From Octopus sinensis (lineage: Eukaryota), in NCBI RefSeq assembly GCF_006345805.1, contig NC_042998.1, positions 79,732,001 to 79,796,000 on the forward strand: a DNA stretch of 64,000 nucleotides, given 5' to 3'. Below the pieces are notes generated by a model. It did no database searches and had not been told where the DNA came from. It saw only the letters and a list, made by a program, of their open reading frames with translations. Shown piece by piece: positions 39,980-52,549 of this stretch. The translations under genes were made by a program, and so were the position numbers. Within the stretch, counting starts at the first letter, position 1; every line of letters starts with the position of its first letter.

Positions 39980-39998
39980 ACACACACACACACACACA
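39912..39998. repeat. Long (CA)n microsatellite, one of many (TA)n/(CA)n tracts
   Basis: About 43 dinucleotide units with one interruption; other long tracts at 54408-54470 and 51897-51977. Confidence 0.95.
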
Positions 39999-42115
39999 AA
40001 CACAGATGCAAATGCATGTGCACATAAGGATAAACATCATAGAAGAGCAGAATGGAGTAAGTGGAGTAAGAGCACGCTCGAAAACGAAAAGTGGTACTGA
40101 AGGGGTCACAGATGTATGATGAAAGATTTCCAGACAATGGACATGAGTTAAAATAAGAACAGTAATAATCAAGTGAAGAACAAATATACAGTGCGTGTGT
40201 TTATTTGGCAAAAAAAACAAAAAAAAACGACCATCCCGAAATACAACATCTGTTTCAACACATGATTTCACATCAAGGATCTTGTAACACAAATTGATAA
40301 ACATATACAAGAAATAAAAAAAGATAGAGTAAGCCAGTTTTGTCTTCCAATGGGTCAGCTGATATTTTTAACTTTTACAACTCTAAAATTAAATCTATCA
40401 TAAATTTCAAACACTTTATTTTAATCTCATTTTTTAGTTACACTTCTCACAAATCTTGTTACAGATAATAATGCACATGAAACAGAATCTACACAAGTCA
40501 TTTGAATTACCAAAAGTTTAGGGACATAATTGTAGCAACAGTGTTTTACAATCCTGTCTACCTTACATCAGATCACATAGTATCCACCTCACCCCAACCA
40601 CCACCACTTCTTTCTACTCTACATCATAGGTTGCTTCCTTTTTGTATATTTTGTTTTCAATCACAAACACACATACCTCATTCTTCTTTACCTTAACCCT
40701 ATTTCTCCTCATCTTCTGAACCATTGTAATGTATTAATTTCATTCTAAGTATGTAGGTCATCATCAGCCACTCAGTAGAGAAATATTCTAGAATTGTATG
40801 GCCTAGGAAGGACCAAGTTCAAGAAGATAACTTCTCTAGTTAATGTTACAATAACTACATCAGGCCCAGTATTGGGTGTTAGAAGTGGCATTTAACCAGA
40901 AGAAGGAAAGTATCTACTCAATGTGACAATATATAAAGACAACTGTGACAATAATTATAATGGTATAGTTTGGTTTGTTTTTCATTATTTTACACATGTT
41001 TCCATAGTAACATAATCAGAATAATTTTGCAAATTTGGATTTTTGTAATTATGAAATAAAAGGGAAAAGTGTACCATATTTGATGACATGTATGATACAC
41101 TTTTTTTTTACTCCAAAAAAAGTCTCAAAATAATTACAAGCAGATCCTATATGTTAAGTTGGGCCTCCCATAAGCTTCACTGCACTAAAACTTTTCTTTC
41201 CTGAATATGCCCTGCTGAAACTGGGTGTGTATTTAATATGCCCATGTGTCTTTTCTGCCATCAAATACAGTATGTCATCCAGGGTGTAATGACATCAATA
41301 AGGTTTGAACTCAAGACAGTGTTATCTGTAGTCTAGCTATTATCAAAATATTCTAACCATTAATAAGACAAATATAAACAATGTCATTCCTTGTCTCTCC
41401 GCCCAGGCTCAGCACTATCCCAATTCTTCCTCCCTAGATATCCACTCTCTGAAATTCCCCTTCCTGCACAAATTTTTTTCCTTAGAATCATTAATTTGCA
41501 GCAGTTCAAGCAGAACATCAATTACATCAACCTAAATAACCTTGAAGAGATTGAGAAGGAAATGGGTATATTGCTTCTTCCTGACTGATACCATAAAAAA
41601 ACACAAGTCCTTTAGATCTATGCCATCACAGAGCAATTGATGAAAAACTTGACTATGAAGTCACATAAAGTTATTGCTGTAGCTAAATAACAAATTTTGC
41701 TATCTTATACATTTGTTTACAACAAACATGTCTTGCAGCAACAATAGAAACATTTGAAATATTTATTTGAGCTTATTTAGGTCAACTCAATTAGTGAAAC
41801 AAATTAGCTAATTTTCATTTGTTTAAAGTTTGTCTTTCCATGCTAGCAGAGAAATAGGATGGATGAAGAGTTATTTGAGGCAGAATGTTATATTCTTTCT
41901 ATTGCTAACTCCTACCTGCTTTTCAAGAAAGAGATTTTTTTTTTATCATTCTACTGGCTTTCCAAAGAAAGAGCAACCAGTTACAATGCAACTAAGGAAT
42001 GTTGACATCTGCACTTCTACTATCAAGTGATAACAACATGGAATATAAGCATACTTGCACATTCACATATACATACACATATTTATGTGTATGTGTGTGT
42101 GTGTGTATATATATA

Positions 42116-42280
42116 GGCGCAGGAGTGGCTGTGTGGTAAGTAGCTTGCTAACCAACCACATGGTTCCGGGTTCAGTCCCACTGCGTGGCATCTTGGGCAA
42201 GTGTCTTCTGCTATAGCCCCGGGCCGACCAATGCCTTGTGAGTGGATTTGGTAGACGGAAACTGAAAGAAGCCTGTCGTA

Positions 42281-42335
<55 letters not shown>

Positions 42336-42536
42336 TTGTGTGTCTGTGTTTGTCCCCATAGCATTGCTTGACAACCGATGCTTTTGTGTTTACGTCCCCG
42401 TCACTTAGCAGTTCGGCAAAAGAGACTGATAGAATAAGTACTAGGCTTACAAAGAATAAGTCGTGGGGTCGATTTGCTCGACTAAAGGCGGTGCTCCAGC
42501 ATGGCCGCAGTCAAATGACTGAAACAAGTAAAAGAG
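42116..42536 (+). mobile_element. SINE family A, young full-length copy
   Basis: tRNA-like head (box A tggctgtgtgg, box B ggttcagtccc), central cttgggcaagtgtcttct domain, (TA)n spacer, 3' tail ending aaagag. Confidence 0.92.
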
Positions 42537-42876
42537 TATATATATATATATGCCAGTGGCATATATATAAACCACTTTTTAAACTGTGACCCTCATGGAG
42601 AAAGACAAGTGAGGAGATTTTTGGCAATATACCATGCTTGAAAAGACCTGTCAAGCCAAGTAAAATCATAGCCGTGCTGATGCCAGTGTTCCATAACTGG
42701 CACCTATGCTAGTGGCACATAAAAAGCACCCACCATACTCTTGGAGTGGTTGATGTTAGGAAGGGCATCCAGCCATAGAAACATTGTCAAATCAGATTGG
42801 AACGTGGTGCAGCTCCCCAGCTTACCACTTTTCAGTCAAACCGCCCTGATGATTATAGTATATATATATTATTTAT

Positions 42877-43159
42877 GCGCCCTTTTCAAGCCTAGCCAGG
42901 CTCATGGGCCTGGTTTCTGTAGCGTATGTGTTCCCCCCAGCTGGACGGGATGCCAGTCCATCGCAGCATTACTCAAAAACAGGAAGAGAGAGTGAGAGAA
43001 AGTTGGGGCGAAAGAGTACAACAGGAGTTGCACCACCCCCTGCCAGAGCCTCGTGGAGCTTTTAGGTGTTTTCACACACAGCGCTCGGTCACAGAATGGA
43101 AACCGCGATCCTCCGACTGCAAGTCTGCTGACCTAACCACTGGGCCATTGCGCCTCCAC
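42877..43159 (-). mobile_element. SINE family C
   Basis: Shares gcgcccttt…aagcctagccaggctcatgggcc 3' end and a tRNA-like head with 63333-63828. Confidence 0.8.
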
Positions 43160-43637
43160 ACATATATATATATAAATATATATATATACAGATAGATAGA
43201 TAGATATAGATATAGATGTTCAATAATATTTACATCATTAAAGCTGCTTTGAATTCGTTGTTGAATTTAATCATATGTAACCCATGCTAGCATGGAAAAC
43301 GGACGCTAAACGATGATGATAATGATGATGATACATTGTCATGGCATGCCAGCAATACTTTTTACACTATATATATATAGTCATAGATTGGCAATTCGGT
43401 TCATCCCTAGTTCAATTCAGGTACTGAATTGATATTGATAAGCCACAAAATTAGTGAAATATCAGTATCCATCATATCTGGACAGTATTAGAGGTGAGTT
43501 GTCACACCTGTCTATGACTTTCAGGTGTTTTAACACCCAGTGCAATGAGAGAGTTGTCCCTCAGGTGCTATACTGCAGTGAATCAGTGAACAAACAAAAC
43601 ACATACATTGAGTATGTGCAGTCAATAATATATATAT

Positions 43638-43688
<51 letters not shown>

Positions 43689-43765
43689 TATATGTGTATA
43701 TATATGTATATATATGTATGTATGTATTTATGTATGTATGTATTTATGTATGTATGTATGTATAA

Positions 43766-44172
43766 GGCGCAGGAGTGGCTGTGTGGTAAGTAGCTTGCTA
43801 ACCAACCACATGGTTCCGGGTTCAGTCCCACTGCGTGGCACCTTGGGCAAGTGTCTTCTGCTATAGCCCCGGGCCGACCAATGCCTTGTGAGTGGATTTG
43901 GTAGACGGAAACTGAAAGAAGCCCGTCGTATATATGTATATATATATGTGTGTGCGTGTATGTTTGTGTGTCTGTGTCTGTCCCCCTAGCATTGTTTGAC
44001 AACCGATGCTGGTGTGTTTTCGTCCCCGTCACTTAGCGGTTCGGCAAAAGAGACCGATAGAATAAGTACTGGGCTTACAAAAGAATAAGTCCCGGGGTCG
44101 AGTTGCTCGATTAAAGGCGGTGCTCCAGCATGGCCGCAGTCAAATGACTGAAACAAGTAAAAGAGAAAAGAG
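43766..44172 (+). mobile_element. SINE family A, young full-length copy
   Basis: Near-identical to 42116-42536; CpGs largely intact. Confidence 0.92.
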
Positions 44173-44174
44173 AA

Positions 44175-44224
<50 letters not shown>

Positions 44225-44263
44225 ATGTGTCTATATATATATATATATGTATATTATTATTAT

Positions 44264-45235
44264 TATTGTATTTCGTATCATTTTTGTATTCATATTCGTG
44301 TAACATCGTCTGTTTTTCCGTCCTTGTTTCGTATACAGTCGAAGCTTTTTTCCAAGGAATCTAATGCGCTTAGCTTAGTTTTTCCTTGGGGCTGGCCAGA
44401 TTGGAGCAATCTCAAGATTAGTCAGCCAAAATTGCGAGGATGATCCGGTTCTTGACTGAAGATTGAAGGCTTCGAATGACCTGTCCGTGTTTTTTGTATC
44501 ATCTTCTGAATGTTTTGCGTTCTTGTCCCATTTTGTATTTTATATATAATACATATATAGCGGCGTACGTACCCTTTGTTATATGTAAGTACACATTTCT
44601 CTAAACTTGGTACGACTCTACAACACTGTCTCTCTCCCCCCTCTCCTACATTTCTTTGGACTTCACTTTGCCCCTGTTTCTTTTACTTGCTCTCTCTCTT
44701 GTCTCCTCCTACTTAATTCCTTGTTCCTCTTTTTCCCTCTCTTCTCCCCCTCCTTAATTCCTCTGTCCCTCTTTTCCTCTCTCTTCTCTTCACACGTGAC
44801 CAACTGGCTGACTACTGGCCTTTTGGGTCTGGCAGCAGTCGTGGTAACATCAACATTTTTTTTCTCTGCCCCAAGGCAGATTCCTAACATGCCAGCTGAG
44901 TTCAATTCGTCTAAGTCGAAAGACGCCTGTTGTGATGTCCTGTTATTGTTATTATTATTATTGTTTTTTCGTATTATTTTTGTATTCATATTCGTGTAAC
45001 ATCGTCCGTTTTTCCGCTCTTGTTTCGTATACATTCGAAGCTTTTTTCCAAGGAATCTAATGCGCTTAGCTTAGTTTTTCCTTGAGGCTGGCCAGATTGG
45101 AGCAATCTCAAGATTAATCAGCCAAAATTGCGAGGATGATCCGGTTCTTGATTGAAGATTGAAGGCTTTGAATGACCTGCCCGTGTTTTTTGTATCGTCT
45201 TCTGAATGTTTTGCGTTCTTGTCCCATTTTGTATT
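44264..45235. mobile_element. Element bounded by ~275-bp direct repeats (44264-44539 and 44960-45235); Penelope-like partial tandem or TRIM-like
   Basis: The repeats are offset by 696 bp with ~12 substitutions; the ~420-bp internal part is non-coding with a CT-rich tract. Confidence 0.7.
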
Positions 45236-45236
45236 G

Positions 45237-45272
<36 letters not shown>

Positions 45273-46272
45273 GTATATATATATATGTATATATATATAT
45301 GTATATATATGTATATATGTGTGTATATATACATACACACATGCGTGCGCATACACACACACATATACAACAGACTCCCTACAGTTTCTGTCTACCAAAT
45401 TTCTTCACATGGTATTGAGAAGCACAGGGCTTCTGGTGCCACATAAAAAGCACCCAGTCCATTCTGTAAAGTGGTTTGTGCTAGAAAGGTTAGGAAGGGT
45501 ATCCAGCCATAAAATCCATGCTGAAGTAGACAAGATTGGCACAGTCCTCTCTCTTACCAGTTCCTGTCAACCCATCCAACCCATGCCATCATGGAAGATT
45601 GACATTAAATAATAATGATGATGAAACTACTCAGTTAATAAAACATTCCAATAATATTCAAAAGATATCGTTAAAATTCCATATACCCAAGTTGGCATAT
45701 AGAAAGATTTAAAAATATGCAATTAACAGTGTCTGCATACAACTCCAGTAACAAGTGAACATATAACTTTATAAGTGGGTTGGAAAATACACACACAAAC
45801 ACATAACCATATCAACAAGTTGGCAAATACACACAAATCCATATAAAAGGTCATATATTAACAATCTAAAAATTTTGTGACTGGCTGGATATAAGTGTGG
45901 CTGGCTAAATGAGTGTATAGTGACACATTGTTATTTCATGATTTTAATGATGAAAACAATTTTCACAGTTCAGCTTATGTAAGTTATAAATAGAGACTGT
46001 ACATATAAAGTTACTACAGTTCATTTCTGAGAGAGGTAAGGAACTGCATAATTGTAAAATGATTCATTAGTACACCCTACTGGGTCCAATTTCCTCTCAG
46101 TGAAGTCTTTGGCTGGCTTACTCTAAATGGACTCATTGGACAAAAGTTACCAGTAGCACACTTCATGAAGAGCGAAAACATGCACACAGACACACACACA
46201 CACACTGCTTTGTATCTTTCCAGGAATAAAATAGGCAAACTGAGATGTAAAAACTCAGAAAAATCAACTTAC

Positions 46273-46440
46273 GGTAATACAAACATCTTGCGGGAAACTA
46301 GCAATTTCTTGAATGTCGCGAACTAGAGTTTTCTGGTCTTGGTCCCAATTTCTCTCTAGAAATATACTTTCTGTGAAATACCATATCCATCCAAGGATTG
46401 GAATATATTTCAGAAATTTTTTGCCGTAAATCTTTGATCC
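46273..46440 (-). CDS. AGPAT3/4: AGPAT3/4 coding exon 3 (GSKIYGKKFLKYIPILGWIWYFTESIFLERNWDQDQKTLVRDIQEIASFPQDVCIT)
   Basis: 168 nt, phase 0/0, gctttcag|...|gtaagt; K..LKY.P..GW and F..R motifs. Missing from the ORF track because it has no start codon. Confidence 0.95.
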
Positions 46441-46683
46441 CTGAAAGCAGAAAAATACATAATCAAATCATTTTTGTTTTATTTCTAATTTTCTTGTTTT
46501 TTGCAATATATGAAGATTCTTCAATATTTATATAGAAATTGTTAAAATATAAACTCCACAACTGAAAACAGATTTTTATTCAATAAAATTTGCTTTAAAT
46601 TCATGTTAATTCATATCATTTAAACAAAAGTATAAAATTGTAAATTAGTGTAAATAATATCAAACATTATAAGCAGATACAGT

Positions 46684-46829
46684 ATTTACAATTGACAGAT
46701 ATCTGTCCTCATCTTGTTTGTTGTTAACTTGACGTTTCGGCTGATATACCCTCCAGCCTTCATCAGGTGTCTTAGGGAAATTTTGAACTTGGGTTCTCAT
46801 TCCTAAGGTATTTTTCAATGTTGCTGTTG

Positions 46830-46871
<42 letters not shown>

Positions 46872-46942
46872 TCACTGCCTGGAATTGAACTTGGAATCAT
46901 GGTGTTAGTAGCCCATGTTCTTAACCACTATGCCATATGCCC
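46684..46942 (-). mobile_element. tRNA-headed SINE with a hammerhead-ribozyme-like 3' domain
   Basis: Box A TGGCATAGTGG (46935-46925), box B GTTCAATTCC (46890-46881), (AAT)n spacer, then CUGAUGA-A-GGCUG-10nt-CAGCC-GAAACGUC. Confidence 0.8.
46726..46771 (-). ncRNA. Type I minimal hammerhead ribozyme motif (core intact, helix I degenerate in this copy)
   Basis: CUGAUGA 46766-46760; helix II GGCUG/CAGCC (46758-46754/46743-46739); GAAA 46738-46735; palindromic ACGU helix III; GUC triplet ending at 46731. Confidence 0.7.
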
Positions 46943-49908
46943 AAAAAACAGGGCTGCATGGTTTGAATTCCATCAGTAAATCCATGTATCTTTTCGGTCT
47001 AAAATTGGCACTTATGTCTAATATCAACAGAATAATTTAAAATAAAACTTAAATTTATCAAATTATCTCCTGAAGTAAACTTTTACAATCCTTAAAAAAA
47101 CATTAAATGAAAAAAAAAATCAGAAAACTATGGAAAACTATGCAGCAAGTAGAAGAAAAGATAAAACTTAAAAGATACATCATTCCTCAAATGCTAAGAT
47201 ATGCCTCCATCCCTAAAAATAGGATGCAAAACCTAAAATACCAGATAAAACGAATTAAGGTCGAAGGTGGGTGTCTGAAGATTAACCCATTTTGTTATCA
47301 TATTTCAGTTAAATATATAAAATAATTTTAAAAATTATTTTATATTTTCAAAATAATTTTTAAAATAACGAAGAATTTAATATAATAACTGTCATAAAGC
47401 TATGCGATTAGAATAAAAGCTTATTTGAAATTTTGATGGAAGATTTTAATTTAGCTCACTGCAAAACAGGAAGTCTGTATCATAGAACAAAGAGCAGGCT
47501 CATGCAGAGGAACATTCTCTCTCATCAAACTTAGCTTTCATCTATTTCTTTTTATAAAAATGATATGTATGGAAGGGCAGTTAGGACTACATTTATCTAA
47601 TTTCAACACTTTTATGTTAGTGAACATCTAACTTTTTACTTTGAAATTTTTTCCTTTTTTTTTGTTTTCTTTCTAATGAAAATACACAAAATTATTATTG
47701 ACATAATAACAAATAAATAATTTATTTTCATAAACTACACTCTTCACATCTCCCCACGCCATATATACCAAGCAAGGTATACAATAAAATGTAAAAATGT
47801 ATGTATGGTGACAGATATAATAAACTGTCAGAGAAGTATATCCAAACAATCAACAAGCTATCAAACCATGCCCCCCACCCCCAACTGTACGTTCTTGGGT
47901 TCAGTCCCACTGTATAGCACCTTGGACAAGTGTCTTCTACTTTTAACCCTTGGCAGACCAAAGCCTTGTAAGTAGATTTGGTAAGCAGAAACTGAAAAAA
48001 GTCTTGCAGATTTTCCATGATTATCTGACTGACAGTTGGGAACATCTAATTCTTGGATCAAGCAAGGGGCTATGCTAGAAATGTCATACTTTTACTCTTA
48101 ACTTTCACATTATATTGTTTTCATATTTGGTTTGCAATATTCTTAATGTGGATTCGTGTGTTGAAACAAATCTTGTTGTATCTTGGGGGAGTCATAACAC
48201 CAATAATAATAGACACATGGACTGGTCCAGTATCACTTCTGTGTTGTTTGTCAATTGGATAAATATCTAACCAATAATTTGTTTAATGTATGTATTGGTT
48301 AAACAATCAATCAGCTGTTTGTTTGTCAAAGTCCTTTTGTTGCTATTCATGTCTGTTTGTCTGAGAATTAGTCTTATGTCTGTGTGTATGTTGATGTGTG
48401 GTTGCTTACAAGAGAAGGGAAGGGTGAGAGTAACTGAAGAATGACTGTTTGTTTGCGAGTGTATGTGCACTGGCCATCTGTGACCTCCTTATGGGTTCAG
48501 CCTTTTTTTTCCAAGGTCAGTTCACTTTCAAATCTGTTGAGATTTACTTGTCACCCCACAAAGATTTATGGATGTAGTTCCTTATGTAAGGAGGGGAAGG
48601 AGAGGTCAGGGTAGGTGTATGTGTGCATCCATGCATGTCTATGTACATGTGCATGCACATACACACACAGGTGCACACACACCTACCCTATCACCCCAAC
48701 ACACACACAGGTTAAAAAAATGTACTGAGTTTAATTTGCTCAACTAAACCCTTCAAGGTAGTACTGCAGCATGGCCACAGTTCACTGAGTGAAAATAGAT
48801 AAAGGGTAAAAGAGTAAATATTTAATATTTAGGCTCTAAAGTTAGATCTTTGACTATAAACTATTCTATTATAAACACTGACAACCAGTGTTGTCCCCAT
48901 AACTTAGTGGTTTGGCAAAAGTAACTGATAGAATAAGTGCAAGACCAAAAAAAAGAAAGAGAAATAATAAGTACTAGGGTCAATTCATTCAATTAAAAGT
49001 TCTTTAAGACAGTGCCCCCAGAATGGCCACAATTTAATGACTGACAGAAGTAAAAGATGAAAAATAAAAACAGTTTCCAATTTAGGCACAAGGCCAGCAA
49101 TTTCTGAGGGGACAAGATCACTTGATTATGTCAACTCCAGTACTTAAATGGTCCTTGTTTTGTCAACTCCAGTACTTAAATGGTACTTGTTTTGTCAACT
49201 CCAGTACTTAAATGGTACTTGTTTTGTCAACTCCATAATGATGAAAAGCAAAGTTAACCTTAGTGGGATTTGAACCCAGAATGTAAAGAGCCAGAACAAA
49301 TATTGCAGGTATTTTATCCATTGCTTTAAGGATTTTTTTTTTCTATTCTAGGCACAAGGCCTGAAATTTTGGGGGAGGGGGACAGTTGATTACACCGACA
49401 CGATAAGCACAGAGCTTATTGATCTCTTGATCTTTGTGGATTATAACAGAAATTACATATATCCATTATCAAGATAAGTACTTCACTCAATTAAGATGGC
49501 TAAAAAACCTCAAGATCTACTGCTAGAGAATATTTATTAGTTTGCATCTATTTTCCAATGCTAGTATATGTGGATGTAAGAACTTATTTTATTTATTTAT
49601 TTTTGGCCCATGCAAGTCTCAATATGTATGTTAAAATAATGTTATGCATGCATACATACATACATATTTCTAAAATAATATTTATTTCTCACATGATGCA
49701 TAAAACCACAAATTTGGGTGCAGAAATGTAGTTGAATGAAACAATTACATTACTGGTACTTATTTTATCAATGCTGGAAGGAACAAGGGAAAAATAGACC
49801 CTATCAAAATTTGAACTCAGGAAGTAGAGGATTATATATAACAAAGCAAAAGGCCATTTATCTACAGCTGTATTAATTCTGCCACACTCCATACTCCTAA
49901 TATATATA

Positions 49909-50126
49909 CTCTTTTACTTGTTTCAGTCATTTGACTGCGGCCATGCTGGAGCACCGCCTTTACTCGAGCAACTCGACCCCGGGACTTATTCTTTGTAAGC
50001 CCAGTACTTATTCTATCGGTCTCTTTTGCCAAACCACTAAGTAAAGGGGACATAAACACACCAGCATCGCTTGTCAAGCAATGCTAGGGGGACAGACACA
50101 CAAACACACACACACATACATATATA

Positions 50127-50168
<42 letters not shown>

Positions 50169-50315
50169 GACGGGCTTCTTCCAGTTTCCGTCTACCAAAT
50201 CCACTCACAAGGCTTTGGTCGGCCTGAGGCTATAGTAGAAGACACTTGCCCAAGGTGCCACGCAGTGGGACTGAACCCAGAACCATGTGGTTGGTTAGCA
50301 AGCTACTTACCACAC
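49909..50315 (-). mobile_element. SINE family A, young copy lacking the first ~14 nt
   Basis: Reverse complement is roughly 95% identical (by eye) to 43780-44165; flanked by aatatatata on both sides. Confidence 0.92.
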
Positions 50316-50892
50316 AATATATATATATAAATATGCTGTACGCTTGCAAACAATCTGAGATTGAAAAATAAAACATCAAATTCCTTGACTATAAAATATT
50401 TTAAGTACATTACCCAATTTTGAAGGGACTTGTGATGGTACAATAACTCAGACTTTCCAAAGTAGCACAACTGAATGTGCAAGTTTTAACTAATTCAAAA
50501 ACTAAAATCTTGCTACAAGCAGTCAAGCTTCTCTATGTCTGTATGAAATAATTCTGAGCCCTTCAACTAAAACAATTGTTTGATTTAATTTGTTTCAGAT
50601 GACACCAATTCTAAAAAGTAATACACTACATTCCTCCTAACAAGAGAACCTGTCAAAACATGTGACACAACTCTTCAAATATTTACTGCTGCTATTTTTA
50701 GAGAATATTTTTTCTATGCTGCCTGTCATTAGAATATAGAGCAGTAAGTTTGTGGGTGTGCCAAGTTCAATAAGGTGAAGGAATGGAGGAAGAGACAGTA
50801 CTGTCCTACTGTGCCAGATTCCAACTTTGTTTTCATAGCAATCAAGTTTTATTAACCTGACTATGGACAATACACTGACAGACAGACAAACA

Positions 50893-50932
<40 letters not shown>

Positions 50933-51021
50933 ATCATATCTGAACAAATTGATGCCAGGACTTTTTTTTTTAAAGCCTAATACTTATTTTATTGGACTCT
51001 TTTGCTGAGCCACTAAGTTAT

Positions 51022-51331
51022 GATCGTGAGCTTAAGATCGTGAGGTTGTGAGTTTGATTCCCGGACCGGGTTGCGTGTTGTGTTCTTGAGCAAGACACTT
51101 TATTTCACATTGCTCTAGTTCACTCAGCTGTAGAAATGAGTTGCGACGTCACTGGTGCCAAGTTGCATCAGCCGTTGCCTTTCCCTTGGATAACATTGGT
51201 AGCGTGGAGAGGGGAAGCTGGTATGCATGGGCGATTGCTGGTCTTCCATAAACAACCTTGCTCAGACTTGTGCCTTGGAGGGTAGCTTTGTAGGTGCAAT
51301 CCCATGGTCATTCGTGACCAAAGGAAGTCTC
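51022..51331 (+). mobile_element. SINE family D (shares head and cttgagcaagacactttatttcac with family C)
   Basis: Matches 63864-64000. Confidence 0.8.
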
Positions 51332-51351
51332 CTTCATATATATATATATAT

Positions 51352-51840
51352 TGGCTAATACCAGTGCCACCTGACTGTCACCCATGCCAGTAGCACATCA
51401 AAGGCACCATTCAAGTGTGGCTAATGCCAGTGCTGCTTGACTGGTACCTGTGCTGGTGGCATGTAAATAAGCACCATTTGAGCATGGCTGATACCAGCAC
51501 CACGTAACTGACACCTGTGTCAGTGGCACATGAAAAGCACCATTCAAGCATGGCTGATGCCAGTGCTGCTTGACTAACACCCATGCTGGTGGCATGTAAA
51601 AAGCACCATTTGAGCCTGGCCAATGCAAGTGCTGCCTGACTGGCACCTCGCTGGTGGCACGTAAAAAGCACCAACTACACTCTTGGAGTGGTTGGCATTA
51701 GGAAGGGCATCCAGCTGTAGAAATCTTGCCAAATCAGATTGGAGCCTGGTACAGCCTCCTGGCTTGCCAGTTCTCAGTCAAACCATCCAACCCATGCCAG
51801 AATGGAAAGCGGACATTAAACGACAATGATGATGATGATA
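51352..51840 (+). mobile_element. RTE 3' UTR/tail copy with five ~66-bp tandem repeats
   Basis: Units start near 51354, 51420, 51487, 51552, 51618, followed by the shared RTE tail and (GAT)n. Confidence 0.8.
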
Positions 51841-51887
51841 TGTGTGTGTGTGTGGTGTGTGTGTGTGTGTGTATGAGTGTATACATG

Positions 51888-52549
<662 letters not shown>

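Noticed and set aside
44455-44490. CTGAAGA…GAAGgCTTC-GAAT in the direct-repeat element
   Set aside because: GAAT rather than GAAA, no helix I/III partner, and the second repeat copy has lost both motifs.
39278-45612. Numerous 60-160-aa ORFs rich in YI/CV/HT
   Set aside because: Translations of (TA)n/(CA)n microsatellites and SINEs; not coding.
51352-51680. CRISPR-like regular repeats
   Set aside because: Tandem units without unique spacers, no cas genes, eukaryotic retroelement context.
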